Assembly (NCBI GenBank): GCA_963790305.1
Contig: CAWBOC010000001.1
Location: 96,001 to 160,000, forward strand
Direction of reading: 5' to 3'
Length of the DNA: 64,000 bases
Source: an uncultured Gemmatimonadaceae bacterium
GTDB taxonomy: Bacteria > Gemmatimonadota > Gemmatimonadetes > Gemmatimonadales > Gemmatimonadaceae
Shown here one piece after another: positions 1-10,841 of the stretch. A program made the position numbers and the translations under genes. The notes beneath the pieces are model-generated. The model saw only the letters and a program-made list of their open reading frames with translations. It ran no database searches and had not been told where the DNA came from. The first letter of the stretch is position 1, and each line of letters opens with the position of its first letter.

Positions 1-1568
1 CGATCGCTCGCGCGAACGACAAGAGCTGCCGCTCTCCAACACTGACCGAGGCCCCACGCTCTCCAAGCTCATGCGCGTATCCGTTCGGGAGGCGCCGAAT
101 GACTCGATCGGCTCCGACCTGCGTGGCGGCCGCGACGACCGCTTCATCGGTCAACGGCGCCGACAATCGGATGTTGCCGGCGATGTCGCCCGCGAAGAGG
201 AAGATGTCCTGCTGCACGTAGCCGATGAGCGATCGGAGGGTTTCGAGAGGCAGCTCTCGAATGTCGCGCGCCGGCCCGTCACCGATCGCGATCGTTATGC
301 GGCCACGCTGCGGATCGTAGAACCGGAGCAGAAGCGACACGATCGTCGTCTTGCCCGCGCCGGTGTGACCGACGAGCGCGACTGTCTCGCCCGGCCGCGC
401 GCGGAAGCTCACCCCCTTGAGCACCCACTCGGGCTCCGCATAGGCGAACCAGACGTTGTCGAATTCGATGGTCACTGCGAGGCGCTAGAGGCGCTAAGGG
501 CGCTGAACTGCTCATGGTCGTCTCAGCGCCTTCAGCGCCTCTAGCGCCTTCAGCGCCTCTGATCGTCGGTTCCGTGTCCAGCAACTGAAAAATTCTCTCG
601 GACGAGGCCATTGCTCCCTGCAGAATGTTGTACTTCTCGGAAAGGTCCTGCAGCGGCTGGAAGAATCGGCGCACGAACTGGAGGAAAGCCGCCACCGTTC
701 CGACGGTGAGCGTGTTCGCGGCAACGCGGTCGGCCCCGGCGACGATCAGACTTGCCAGCGCCACCGACGTCAGCACTTCGATCGCGGGAAAGTACAGGGC
801 GTAGATCCTGATCGAGCGCAGGTGCGCATCGAGGTGCGAGCGGTTCCATTCATCGAAGCGCCGGGCCTCGTCCTCTTCACGACCGAAGAGCTGCACGACG
901 CGCATGCCGGTGAGGCGCTCTTGCAGGAACGCGTTGATCCGCGCAAGTCGCGTGCGGATGTCGCGGTACACCTCGCGCACGTGCTTCCTGAAGATGTGCG
1001 ACGTCAGCAGCACGAATGGGATGACGGCGAACGCCGCGAGCGCCAGTCTCCAGTCCATGACCAGCATGACGACGCTGATCACGGCGAGCGTGAACAGGTC
1101 GCCGACACCGGCGACGACGCCGGCGGTGAAGAGCTCGTTCAGCGCCTCCACGTCCGATGTCACCCGCGTGATGAGCCTGCCGACGGGCGTCCGATCAAAG
1201 AACGGAATCGACAGACGCTGGAGATGCGTGAAGATCTGCATCCGCAGGTCTCGCATTACACGCTGGCCGAGCAGGCTGGTGAGGATCGTGCCCGCGTACT
1301 CGAGCGTGAACTGGATCACCAACGTCGCGGCCAGCAGCAATGCGAGCTGCATCACCAAACCGACGTTCCTCGCGGGGAGGGCGACGTCGATCACTTCTCG
1401 GGTGAAGAGCGGTCCGGCGAGCGCAAGCACCGCCTGCGCGAGAAGAATCGCGATCGCGCCGACGAGAAGCGCCTTGTACGGCGAGAGATAGACGAGAAGG
1501 CGCCTCATGAGGCGCCCGTCATACGCTTTGCCGAGGACGTCTTCTTCGTGGAATTCAGCGCCGGACAT
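1..1568 (-). CDS. ABC transporter permease/ATP-binding protein (MsbA/MdlB-like exporter); runs off the window edge; one frameshift near 475-487
   Basis: N-terminal TMD (FFDRTPVGRLITRVTSDV, FVRRFFQPL). After a frame change the NBD follows: IEFDNVWFAY, Walker A GHTGAGKT, Q-loop YVQQD, signature SVGERQLLSFARA. Confidence 0.9.
480..559. repeat. Palindromic element built of 9-nt tandem units (gaggcgcta/aaggcgctg) inside the ABC transporter linker
   Basis: ggcgctagaggcgctaagggcgctga ... tcagcgccttcagcgcctctagcgccttcagcgcctc; translates as RGAEGARGAEGAETTMSSSAPLAPLAP. Confidence 0.8.
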
Positions 1569-1726
1569 GCATCACGATCCTATCGACGCGCGGCGAGCAG
1601 GTCAACGCGAGAGCCGCGCATGGTACGCGGGTTGCGTACCCCCGGGGCAGGACGATGTACTCGCAGTTGCCTTTCACAGGCGTGGCCCGGGTCCTCGGGC
1701 CGGCACCTTCACCCTCGGAGGGAAGG

Positions 1727-1996
1727 ATGAGTATAGTCGCATGGATCGTGCTCGGTCTCATTGCGGGCGCGATCGCGAAAGCTCTCATGCCGGGTAACGA
1801 TCCCGGTGGCTTCATCGTGACGATCCTGATCGGTATCGTTGGCGCTTTCATCGGCGGATACGCCGGCAGCATGATCGCCGGGACCGGGCTTACCGGGTTC
1901 TCAGTGTGGAGCATCATTCTCGCGATCGTCGGCGCAATGCTTTTGCTGTTCATCTATCGCATGGTGACACGAGGACGCAGTACACCGCGTGTGTGA
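1727..1996 (+). CDS. GlsB/YeaQ/YmgE family (transglycosylase-associated) small membrane protein
   Basis: MSIVAWIVLGLIAGAIAKALMPG...TILIGIVGAFIGG...AIVGAMLLLFIYR; GGAGGG RBS upstream of ATG 1727. Confidence 0.9.
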   Translation: MSIVAWIVLGLIAGAIAKALMPGNDPGGFIVTILIGIVGAFIGGYAGSMIAGTGLTGFSVWSIILAIVGAMLLLFIYRMVTRGRSTPRV

Positions 1997-2001
1997 AGAA
2001 G

Positions 2002-2052
2002 CGGAATACGGAATGCGGGTGACCGGCATCGGTCCCCGCATTCCGTATTCCG
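2002..2052. repeat. Hairpin with 7-nt tandem-repeat arms (cggaata/cggaatg); possible terminator or REP-like element
   Basis: cggaatacggaatgcggg-t-gaccg-gcat-cggtc-cccgcattccgtattccg. Confidence 0.75.
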
Positions 2053-2088
2053 ACTCCAGGTAGTCCTGCTCCCACCCATCATTCCGCA

Positions 2089-2376
2089 GTGCCGCTCTGG
2101 CTCTACTGGATTCTCCTCGGTTTCCTCGCCGGGGGGCTCGCAAAGTTCCTCGTTCCGGGACGCGACCCCGCCGGTTGCCTCATCACGATCGCGCTCGGCA
2201 TCGCGGGCGCCTTCATCGGCGGATGGCTCGGCACCTTCTTCGGATGGGGCCGCATTACTCAGGGCACGCTGAATCTCCGGTCGGTGGGAATCGCGACCGT
2301 CGGGGCGGCGGTGCTGCTGGTTCTCGGCCGAGTGCTCCTGAAAAGGTCGTCGAGGTCGCCGAGGTCGTCGAGGTGA
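2089..2376 (+). CDS. Second GlsB/YeaQ/YmgE family membrane protein
   Basis: WILLGFLAGGLAKFLVPGRDPAGCLITIALGIAGAFIGG...ATVGAAVLLVLGR. Confidence 0.88.
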   Translation: MPLWLYWILLGFLAGGLAKFLVPGRDPAGCLITIALGIAGAFIGGWLGTFFGWGRITQGTLNLRSVGIATVGAAVLLVLGRVLLKRSSRSPRSSR

Positions 2377-2444
2377 CCGAGGTGAGGTAGTCGAGGTGCA
2401 GTCTCCTCGATCACCTCGACAACTTCGATTACCTCGATCACCTT
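2344..2444. repeat. Palindromic element of 9-nt units (gaggtcgtc / gatcacctc)
   Basis: About five gaggtNNNc units followed by about five inverted cctcgaNNa units between the GlsB gene end and the uvrA ATG. Confidence 0.75.
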
Positions 2445-2450
2445 TCTTAC

Positions 2451-5379
2451 ATGAAGTCCCACATCCGTATCCGAGGAGCACGACAGAACAATCTCAAGGG
2501 ATTCGACCTCGACATACCGCGGCGGACGTTCACGGTGGTCACCGGGCCATCCGGGTCCGGGAAGTCGTCGCTCGCGTTCGATACGATCTACGCCGAGGGG
2601 CAGCGCCGATATGTAGAATCGCTCTCCGCCTATGCGCGCCAGTTCCTCGAGCGCATGGAAAAGCCCGACGTCGATTTTATCGACGGCCTCTCTCCCGCCG
2701 TCGCCATCGAGCAGAAGAATCCGACGAAGACGTCGCGGTCTACCGTCGGCACCGCGACCGAGACGTACGACTACCTCAGGCTGCTGTGGGCACGCGTCGG
2801 ACACACCTTCTGCCCCGTGTGCGACCGGGAGATGAAGCCGGACACGGCGCAGTCGGCGGTCGAGGAGATCATGCGCCTGCCCGAGGGCACGCGCTTTTTT
2901 GTGGCCTTCCCGCTTCGCCTATCGAGTGAAGTCACGCACGGCCTCGTCGTCGAGAATTTGCGCGCGCAAGGCTTCCTGCGCGTGTCCGTCGACGGCGAGA
3001 TTCTGAACCTCGAGGACCTCGGCTCACGGCGCATCGACCTGACGAAGGCTCGCGAGCTGCTGGTGGTCGTGGACCGACTCACCGCAGCGCCGGATGCGCT
3101 GCGGCGCCTGTCCGATGCCGTCGACACCTGCTTTCGCGAAGGCGATGGCGAGTGCGTCGTGGTCCCGTCGTCTCCCGACATTCCCCGCAAGCGTTTTTCC
3201 GATCGCTTCGAGTGCGCCTACGACGGCACACGTGCGCCGACGCCGACGCCGCAGCTTTTTTCGTTCAACAGTCCGCGTGGCGCCTGTCCGACGTGCAACG
3301 GCTTCGGCGCGACGCTCGAGTATGACGAGGGATTGATCGTTCCGTACCCGGAGCGCTCGCTGCGCGAGGGCGCGATCCATCCGTGGACAATGCCACGCTA
3401 CGAGAACAAGCGTCGGGCACTGGCCGAGTTCGCGAAGCGGATGCGCATCCCGCTCGAGACGCCCTGGCGGGAGCTGAGAACGGACCAACGCGGGGAGCTC
3501 ATGCACGGGAAGTCGCGGGGATACAAGGGAATATTTCCATTCCTCCGCGATCTCGAGGAGAAGCGGTACAAGCAGTACATCCGCGTCTTTCTTCGCCAGT
3601 ATCAGTCTGCGCGCGAGTGCCCCGCCTGTCATGGTGCCAAGCTGCAGCCGGAGGCGCTGCGCGTGCGCATCGCCGGCCGGTCCATCGCCGAAGTGGCTGA
3701 GCTTTCGGTCGAGCGACTGCTGCCCTGGCTCGAGACGGTGGAGCTCACCCCCTTCGAGCGCGAGGTGGCCGAGAACGTCCTCAACGAAGCTCTCTGCCGC
3801 GTCCGCTTTCTGGACGAAGTCGGGCTCGGCTACCTGAGCCTTCACCGGGCGACGCGCACCCTCTCGGGCGGCGAGGCGCAGCGCATCGGCCTGGCGAACT
3901 CGTTAGGGTCGCATCTGGTGGACACGCTGTACGTCCTCGACGAGCCGTCGATCGGCCTCCACCCGCGGGATCTCGACCGCCTTCTGCGGCTGCTCGAGCG
4001 GCTGCGCGATGAGGGCAACACGGTGCTGGTGGTGGAGCATGATCTGGAGGCCATTCGTCGCGCGAACTGGATGGTGGAGCTCGGCCCCGGCAGCGGCGAG
4101 AACGGAGGGCAGATCGTCTTCGCCGGTCCAATGTCGAGGGCCCACGAGTCGCCGCTCACCGGCGCCTACCTGGCAGGGACGAAGACGATTCCGCTTCCCG
4201 AAGAGCGCCGCCGCGTCGGGTCCGCGATGGATCACCCTCACCGGCGCGCGCGAGCACAACCTCACCGGCGTCGACGTCCGCGTGCCGTTAGGCGCCATGA
4301 CGGTCGTGACCGGCGTGTCCGGCTCCGGCAAGAGCACGCTCGTGCACGACGTCCTGTATCGCGCGCTCGAGCAGCGGATTCACGGCGAGCACACCGCGAA
4401 ACAGCATCTCGGCGAGTCGGTCGGGGCGTTCGACGACATCACCGGATATGAATCGCTGGAGGACATCGTCCTCGTCGATCAGTCGCCGATCGGCCGCTCG
4501 CCGCGGTCGAATCCGGTCACGTACGTGAAGGCGTTCGACGAGATCCGCCGCATCTTCGCCGACGCACCGCTGGCGCGGCAGCGCAGCTACACCGCGGGGA
4601 CCTTCAGCTTCAACGTCGCCGGCGGCCGATGCGAGCGGTGCGAGGGCGCTGGTCATCTCGAGATCGAGATGGTCTTCATGGCCGACGTGTACGTGCCGTG
4701 CGATGAGTGCGGGGGCAAGCGCTTCAAGCCGGACGTCCTCGAGGTGCGCGTGAATGGTCGCAACATCCACGACGTCCTCGGCCTCACGATCGACCAGGCC
4801 ATCCGCGCGTTCCCGCGTGAGGAGAGGCTCGGACAGGCGCTCTGGCAGCTTCAGCAGGTCGGGCTCGGATATCTGCGGCTGGGCCAGCCCGCACCGACGC
4901 TCTCGGGTGGCGAGGCGCAGCGCATCAAGATCGCGCGCGAGCTGGCGCTGGCTGGGCGCGCGACCGGACGGAAGATGTACGTGATGGATGAGCCGACGAC
5001 GGGGCTGCATTTGGAGGATATTCGGCGGCTCGCCCGCGTGTTCGATCGCCTGCTCGACCACGGGCATACGCTCGTGATCATCGAGCACAACCTGGACGTC
5101 ATCAAGCTGGCGGACTGGATCATCGATCTCGGTCCCGATGGCGGCGATCGCGGCGGGCGCGTTGTCGCGATGGGACGCCCGGAGGAGATCATTCGCGTGC
5201 CGGAGTCACACACGGGGCGTTGGCTGGCGCCACTTCTCGGCTCGGCGACACGGGTGGGATCGCGCGCCGAACAGTACGTCGGGAGAGAGGAACGCGCGGC
5301 CGGCGTAAGGCATTCGTTTCGGTTGACTTGCCTCTCGGAGCGGCCTAATTTTCTTCATTCCCACTTCATTCCCGGGTAG
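2451..5379 (+). CDS. uvrA: Excinuclease ABC subunit A (frameshift near 4220; true 3' end probably about 5250-5310)
   Basis: [40 protein letters not shown], Zn-finger CxxC motifs, two LSGGEAQR signatures, second Walker [17 protein letters not shown]. Confidence 0.95.
5323..5351 (+). promoter_or_regulatory. Sigma70-type promoter for tRNA-Asn
   Basis: TTGACT-17 nt-TAATTT, ending 18 nt upstream of the tRNA 5' end. Confidence 0.6.
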
Positions 5380-5443
5380 CTCAGCCGGTCAGAGCATCTG
5401 ACTGTTAATCAGAGGGTCGTGGGTTCGAGTCCCACCCCGGGAG
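5370..5443 (+). tRNA. tRNA-Asn (GTT)
   Basis: Acceptor stem TCCCGGG/CCCGGGA, D-arm TAGCTCAG..AGAGC, anticodon arm TCTGA-CTGTTAA-TCAGA, T-loop GGTTCGAGTCC; CCA not encoded. Confidence 0.97.
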
Positions 5444-5479
5444 CTGTTGAAACACAAAGACTTATGGAAAGCGGCTGCC

Positions 5480-5531
5480 ACCGCGCAGGCGGTTGATGAC
5501 TCCTCCCTCGGGCTCACGCTCGGCGGGAGGA
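5480..5531 (+). promoter_or_regulatory. Probable remnant of a fluoride (crcB) riboswitch: 3' half plus expression-platform stem
   Basis: accgc-gcag-gcggt hairpin followed by TGATGACTCCT, as in the 3' part of the crcB motif, then a tcctccc...gggagga stem just upstream of crcB. The 5' GGCGATGGAGTTCGCC-like element is absent. Confidence 0.5.
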
Positions 5532-5551
5532 TTTTCACTTTCGGAGGTTGG

Positions 5552-5933
5552 ATGGTCGGACTTGCGATATTCCTCGGCTCGGGACTAGGCGGGCTCGCGC
5601 GTTATGCAACGGGGATTTGGGTCCAGGACATGACCTCCTCGGAATTCCCATGGGGAACGCTACTGGTCAACGTGAGCGGTTCCCTCCTGTTGGCATTCGT
5701 ATACGGAATACTCGACAGCACCTCGGCTGCGCCGGAATGGCGTGCTTTTCTCGGCATTGGCGTTCTGGGGGGGTATACGACGTTCTCTGCGTTCAGCTAC
5801 GAGGCCATGCGGCTCATGCAGGACGGAGAGTGGGGCCACGCGATTGGGTATGTTCTCGGTAGCGTCATCGTCAGCCTGGCAGCCGCCCTGCTTGGCATTC
5901 CGCCTGGCCTCGGATCTTCTTCGGTGGAGGTGA
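5552..5933 (+). CDS. crcB: Fluoride efflux channel CrcB/Fluc (frameshift near 5900)
   Basis: GSGLGGLARY, FPWGTLLVNVSGS, GVLGGYTTFSAFSYE; DUF190 gene directly downstream. Confidence 0.92.
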
Positions 5934-5936
5934 GCG

Positions 5937-6287
5937 ATGACCCAGGCTTTCACCGGGGAGCGGACGCTCATGCGCATCCATATTGGGGAGCGCGACAAGC
6001 ATGGGGGCAAACCATTGTACCGGGCGATTGTCGAGCTCTTGCGCGAGCGACACTACGCCGGCGCTACGGTGCTACGAGGGATAACTGGGTTCGGGGCGAC
6101 GGCACGTCTTCACACCAACCGCATCGAGGTGCTGTCGCTCGATTTGCCTATTGTCATTGAGTGTGTTGAAACCGAGGAGAAGATTCAGGCCATTCTGCCG
6201 GAGCTCGACACGATGATCGCGGGCGGGCTGATTACGCTCGAACGTGCCCGGGTAATCATGTACCGCCCGGCGAAATCGACTGGTTAG
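5937..6287 (+). CDS. DUF190 family (PII-like) protein
   Basis: LMRIHIGERDKHGGKPLY...AGATVLRGITGFG...LSLDLPIVIECVE; typical partner of crcB. Confidence 0.9.
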   Translation: MTQAFTGERTLMRIHIGERDKHGGKPLYRAIVELLRERHYAGATVLRGITGFGATARLHTNRIEVLSLDLPIVIECVETEEKIQAILPELDTMIAGGLITLERARVIMYRPAKSTG

Positions 6288-6637
6288 CGGTCTCGTCGAA
6301 GGCTGCTCTATCTCGAAAGCGAGCATGCGCACCTTCGAGAGTCTCCTTGGGCGCCGATCCGGCCTACGACTAGGTGCAGCAAGGCGGGTCCGGCATTGGG
6401 CGGTCATCCTGATCGCATTTGCGGCCGGTTGCTCCGCCTCCAATGAGCGATCCCGAGAAGCGCGTGCCACTGGGCCGCTCGGCGTCTAACGCCGCGAGTA
6501 TCGCCCAGCCGATACGCGCGGCACTCGAGAGCTTCGCGGCGCGTACCGGCGCAAGCCACAGACAGGAGAGCGCTGCAAGCCTCGAAGATAGCACCGAAGA
6601 TCAGTGATCTGGGAGGCCGACCGGACGTGGTCGCGGC

Positions 6638-6961
6638 CTAACGCGGCTTTCGGTTGACGCGATCGGCTTCCCGCGCCGCGCCATGGTCGCTTCTCCAAGA
6701 ACCCGACCCGATCCGGTCGACGGTACTGTCGTCGCTCGGCACGTCGGATTCAGACAACCGCTTCTGCGCAGCGCGACCGAGGGCGGCGCCCGCGGCGAGG
6801 AGGCCGCCCGCCGCGATGAAAGCGAGCTTGTACATCCCTACGGTGATCATCCACGGCGGCAGCTGGTCAACCCGAAACCCGAGCGCCAGGGCCACTCCGG
6901 CCGCGCCGCCAACGAGCACGCCGAGCATGACGAGACTTTTCGAAACCGTCGAGGAACGCAT
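6638..6961 (-). CDS. Hypothetical small membrane protein (2 TM)
   Basis: Two hydrophobic stretches; GGAGGG RBS before the ATG. Confidence 0.6.
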   Translation of the reverse strand: MRSSTVSKSLVMLGVLVGGAAGVALALGFRVDQLPPWMITVGMYKLAFIAAGGLLAAGAALGRAAQKRLSESDVPSDDSTVDRIGSGSWRSDHGAAREADRVNRKPR

Positions 6962-8936
6962 GCGAGACCCTCCGTCCGGGTGATCCGGGCAAATCGCCAG
7001 CCGCGCTCACGTCCTCGGAGCTCGTACCATTTGAAGCAGACGTAGCGCTGGGGCCACTAGAGAATTGGTTGGTTGCGAGATTGAGGGTCGGGCTGAGCAG
7101 CAGGATGGTCTGTGTCGAGAAGCGCGCGGGCCGCGTCTGCGAATGGCGACTCAGAAATACGATGTCGTCGCCCCGTTCCCAAGTCTGCTCGGGGTGCGAC
7201 ACATCGATACTTGAGGCGCGGAGGCGAGCAATGGGGACGAGGCCCTCGGGAAGTGTCATCTCTCGTAAGGGGTGGTTAGGCCAGCCGGTCCTGATGCTGT
7301 ACGTCATAAACCACGCTTCTCCGTGGTCGATCTCGTACTCCCACGCGCGCACATCAACCGGCTGGCCGAAGGCGAGATTGCCTCCGACCCGGTCGATGAG
7401 TCGAGTGCCCGCGCCGCGGCTCGGATGCCCGAGTGCCGGGTAGGCTCGCGCGATTCCGAAAGCATCGTGCGCCAGATGCGCAGCCAACGCGTTGACTTCC
7501 GAGTTCGTCGTCACCGCGACAAGCGTCTCCGCTTCCTCGGCGCCAACGGCTTCGAGAGTTGCTTCGTCGAGCGCGTTACCCTCGACCGCCTCAATACCGT
7601 TCGCAAGCGCATCGGCGATCAAACCGTGATTGCGATCGACGAGCACCACTGGCCGGCCGTGTTGCCGTAGTACCTCAGCGATGCCTCGGCCGAGAGGACC
7701 GGCGCCGACGATAATCGCTCGACTTCCTTCGAGGCTGTGAAGACGGAGAAGGCGAGCCAGAGGCGCGGCGGTCAACCCCTGGAGCGTGACAGTGAGCCCA
7801 ATGGTGAGAAAGGTGATCGCCAGGAGCCGGGACCCCTCGGAGAATCCCGCATCGGTAAGCGCGAGAGCGAACAGAGAAGCGACGGACGCGGCGACGATCC
7901 CTCGCGGTGCAATCCACGAAGCGAAGAGCTTTTCCCGCCAGGGCAGAGGCGATCGTCGAAGCGAGACGGCGACGTTGAGCGGACGCACGAGCAGCATCAG
8001 GGCGAAGACAGTTGCCACGCCACGCCAACCTTCCTCTCTCAAGACCTCGAGAGGGAGGTTCGCCGCGAGCAGGACGAAAATGAGACTGATGCCGAGGACG
8101 GTGAGCTGTTCCTTGAACAGGCGAAGTCGCCGCTCGTGAGGCACGGCGCCGCGTTGAAGGGCGAGTCCCATCGCCACCGCTGCGGTGATGCCGGATTCAC
8201 TCAAAGCCGCCTCGGCGATTCCGAAAACGACCCAGGCTCCTGCTAAGGCAACGAGATTCGCCAGCTCCGCGGGCACCAGGCGCGGCCGCTTGAGCAGCAA
8301 TGACAACACGAACCCCCCGACGGCGCCGACACCCAGACCGATTAGCAGCCGCCCAATGTATCCCCAAACTCCGCTGAACACGCCGATCGGATGAACACCC
8401 GCCATCCCGAGGACGACGTCGACGACCGCCACAGCGAGCACTGCGCCGATCGGATCGATCAGAATCGCCTCTCCCTCGAGAATCGTCCGAAGTCTCCGGG
8501 GCAGCGGCACGCGCTTCAGCAAGGGCTGCACGACGGTCGGGCCGGTGACGGTTACGAGGGCACCGAAGACGATGGCTACCGGCCAGCTGAGCTGCGCGAG
8601 GAATCGCGCGGCGAGGATGGCACCCGCCCATGTAACCACGACTCCCACCGTGACGAGACTACGAACCTCCGCGATGGCGCGTCGGAGATCGCCCAGACGG
8701 AGATTCAGAGCGCCATCGAAAAGGATGATGGCAACGGCCAGCTTTACAATGACTGGCAGCCCAGCCCCGAGCGCGTTAGGCTGGACGACATTGAACACCG
8801 ACGGGCCGAGCAGCACGCCGATCGCGAGCAGCGGCACGATGGCCGGGATCCGGAGCCGATGCGCAAGCAGCTGCGCCAGGAGTCCGGCACCGGTCGCCCA
8901 AACGATCGTCAGGAGGACGGCACCATCACCATGCAT
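6867..8936 (-). CDS. CPA1/NhaP-type cation:proton antiporter with C-terminal TrkA-N (RCK) domain; 3' end probably frameshifted near 7130
   Basis: IILFDGALNL, TGPTVVQPLL, LEGEAILIDPIG, WIAPRGIVAASVASLF; RCK motif IIVGAGPLG...LVAVTTNSEVN. Confidence 0.85.
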   Translation of the reverse strand: MHGDGAVLLTIVWATGAGLLAQLLAHRLRIPAIVPLLAIGVLLGPSVFNVVQPNALGAGLPVIVKLAVAIILFDGALNLRLGDLRRAIAEVRSLVTVGVVVTWAGAILAARFLAQLSWPVAIVFGALVTVTGPTVVQPLLKRVPLPRRLRTILEGEAILIDPIGAVLAVAVVDVVLGMAGVHPIGVFSGVWGYIGRLLIGLGVGAVGGFVLSLLLKRPRLVPAELANLVALAGAWVVFGIAEAALSESGITAAVAMGLALQRGAVPHERRLRLFKEQLTVLGISLIFVLLAANLPLEVLREEGWRGVATVFALMLLVRPLNVAVSLRRSPLPWREKLFASWIAPRGIVAASVASLFALALTDAGFSEGSRLLAITFLTIGLTVTLQGLTAAPLARLLRLHSLEGSRAIIVGAGPLGRGIAEVLRQHGRPVVLVDRNHGLIADALANGIEAVEGNALDEATLEAVGAEEAETLVAVTTNSEVNALAAHLAHDAFGIARAYPALGHPSRGAGTRLIDRVGGNLAFGQPVDVRAWEYEIDHGEAWFMTYSIRTGWPNHPLREMTLPEGLVPIARLRASSIDVSHPEQTWERGDDIVFLSRHSQTRPARFSTQTILLLSPTLNLATNQFSSGPSATSASNGTSSEDVSAAGDLPGSPGRRVSHAFLDGFEKSRHARRARWRRGRSGPGARVSG

Positions 8937-8956
8937 CTGGATCGACTCGAAGGTTG

Positions 8957-10384
8957 TTAGGGGAAATCGGATTGGGTCGAACCACCCATCACCACTGAGT
9001 CGACCGAGCTCTCGGCCGTGTCGGCCCGCGTTGAGAGTGGGCTCGTCCCTCCGCGAAGCACTGCCCAACCGACCAGCCCTGCGACGAGCGACGCGACAAG
9101 GATCCCGAGCTTTGCGGAATCAAGTAGCGGCGGTGCGGCCGGAAACGCGAGGCTCGCGATGAAGATCGACATCGTGAAACCGATCCCGCCGAGACAGCTC
9201 ACTCCGATCAACGCACGCCACGCCGTGCCGGACGGAAGCGCGGCGACACCGATCCGGGTCGCCAGCCAGGCGAACAGCGTAATTCCAATCGGCTTACCGG
9301 CGACGAGGCCGAGAATGGTGCCGGCCGTTATCGGCCACGCGAGTCCGGCGAATAGATCGCCGCCAAAATGCACCCCAGCGTTCGCGAGCGCAAAAAGCGG
9401 CATTATCCCGAAGGCCACGATGCCATGAAGCCCGTGCTCCAGACGCAATAGCGGAGACTGGGCCTGCTCGCACGCGACCTCGAGCTCGTGGATGGCGTGC
9501 TGTTGGTCGGCGTTGGTGAGCACCGTGCTCGCGGGGCTGCAGGAGCGCTCGAAGTCATCGAGAATGCTCCGACCGCGCGCGAGAAACTCGTCCTCGTTAA
9601 TGCGAGTGCGTGACGGAATCGTCATCGCGAGAACGACGCCGGCAATCGTCGCGTGAATGCCGGAGGCGAGAAATGAATGCCCACAACCCAACACCGAGGA
9701 GCGCATAAGCTGCGGGGCGTCGTACTCCGGCAATGTTGCAGAATGATCAGCGCCACGAGAAGCACCGCTCCAGCTGTGAGCGCGGACCACGAGAGAGCAG
9801 CAGTGTAGAAGAACGCTATCACCAGCACCGCGCCGATATCGTCGACGATGGCCAGGGCGGCGAGGAATACTTTGAGCCCGAGCGGCACTCGAGGCCCGAG
9901 CAGTGCGACCACACCGAGCGCGAATGCGATATCGGTCGCCATTGGTATTCCCCAGCCTGGTGCCCCGGGGCCGCCCACGTTCAGCGCTGCATAGATGCCA
10001 GCCGGCACGAGCATCCCACCAAGCGCACCGGCAATGGGAAGGGCGGCCTGCCGCGGAGACGCAAGCTCGCCGACCAACATCTCACGCTTGATCTCGAGCC
10101 CCACCAGAAAGAAGAAGACAGCCATTAAGCCGTCGTTGATCCAATGGTGCAGGCTGAGAGTGAGTCCGTACCCAGGGAATCCAATGGTTAGCGGCACCTC
10201 CCACAGAATGATGGTAGCTCTCCGCCCATGGCGAGTTCGCCCAGCCGAGCGCGAGAGCGGTACACGCCAACAGTACAATTCCACCCGAGGATTCCGTTCG
10301 GGCGAACCGCTGGAACGGATGGAGCACGCGATCAATGAGTCGCGTGGAAGCGCTAGGCGTTTCAGCGACCGGATTGCTGGTCAT
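8957..10384 (-). CDS. nhaA: Na+/H+ antiporter NhaA (2 frameshifts)
   Basis: [74 protein letters not shown], spread over three frames. Confidence 0.93.
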
Positions 10385-10773
10385 GAAATGAGGTGCCGGG
10401 AATGCCGAGTCTGGTCGGAAAGTAGGCTGGTACAATGATGAATGCTCACGCGAGGATTCGCTCAACGTAGCAAGCTGTGAGCGCGGCGAGGTGCCAGGCA
10501 GGGTCAAAGGGCTGCCGGATCCGGCAGCAGCGAGAGAAGCCGTGCCCCCATGCCGGCAGGACCCTTGTCTTCAACAGCCCTCTCAGTTGTTCCGCTGGGT
10601 ACGTAGCGATCACTCGTTATGCGGCAGATCGCTCGCCGGTGTGCCGCTAGTGTGCCAACCTATCCAGAACTCACGCAAACTGCATGAATCTCTGCGAAAC
10701 AAACCGCAAGGTAAGTCTCACCGAAGAGCGGACATAGGCGCACTCAACGCAACGCAGAAAAACAACTCGGGCA

Positions 10774-10831
10774 GACTGTTAATCAGAGGGTCGTGGGTTC
10801 GAGGCCCACCCCGGGAGTTGTTGAAACACAA
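10774..10831 (+). repeat. att-like duplicate of the tRNA-Asn 3' half
   Basis: gactgttaatcagagggtcgtgggttcgaggcccaccccgggagttgttgaaacacaa versus 5400-5457. Confidence 0.9.
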
Positions 10832-10841
10832 TGTTATGCGA

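Larger units (their letters stand above)
5400..10831. mobile_element. tRNA-Asn-anchored genomic islet of about 5.4 kb, bounded by direct repeats; no integrase visible
   Basis: 5400-5457 is repeated at 10774-10831 (56/58 identical), starting just before the anticodon loop. Cargo: crcB, DUF190, membrane protein, CPA1 antiporter, nhaA. Confidence 0.75.

Noticed and set aside
2344..2444. CRISPR array (also considered for 17859, 45705, 49994, 55172, 58368)
   Set aside because: Units are 7-9 nt, contiguous, without unique spacers; no cas genes in the window.
4200..4240. Programmed frameshift in uvrA
   Set aside because: No slippery heptamer; similar single-base shifts occur throughout the window, consistent with sequencing indels.
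10774..10817. Second tRNA-Asn gene
   Set aside because: Only the anticodon loop to 3' end is present; there is no 5' acceptor strand or D-arm. It is an att-type duplicate.
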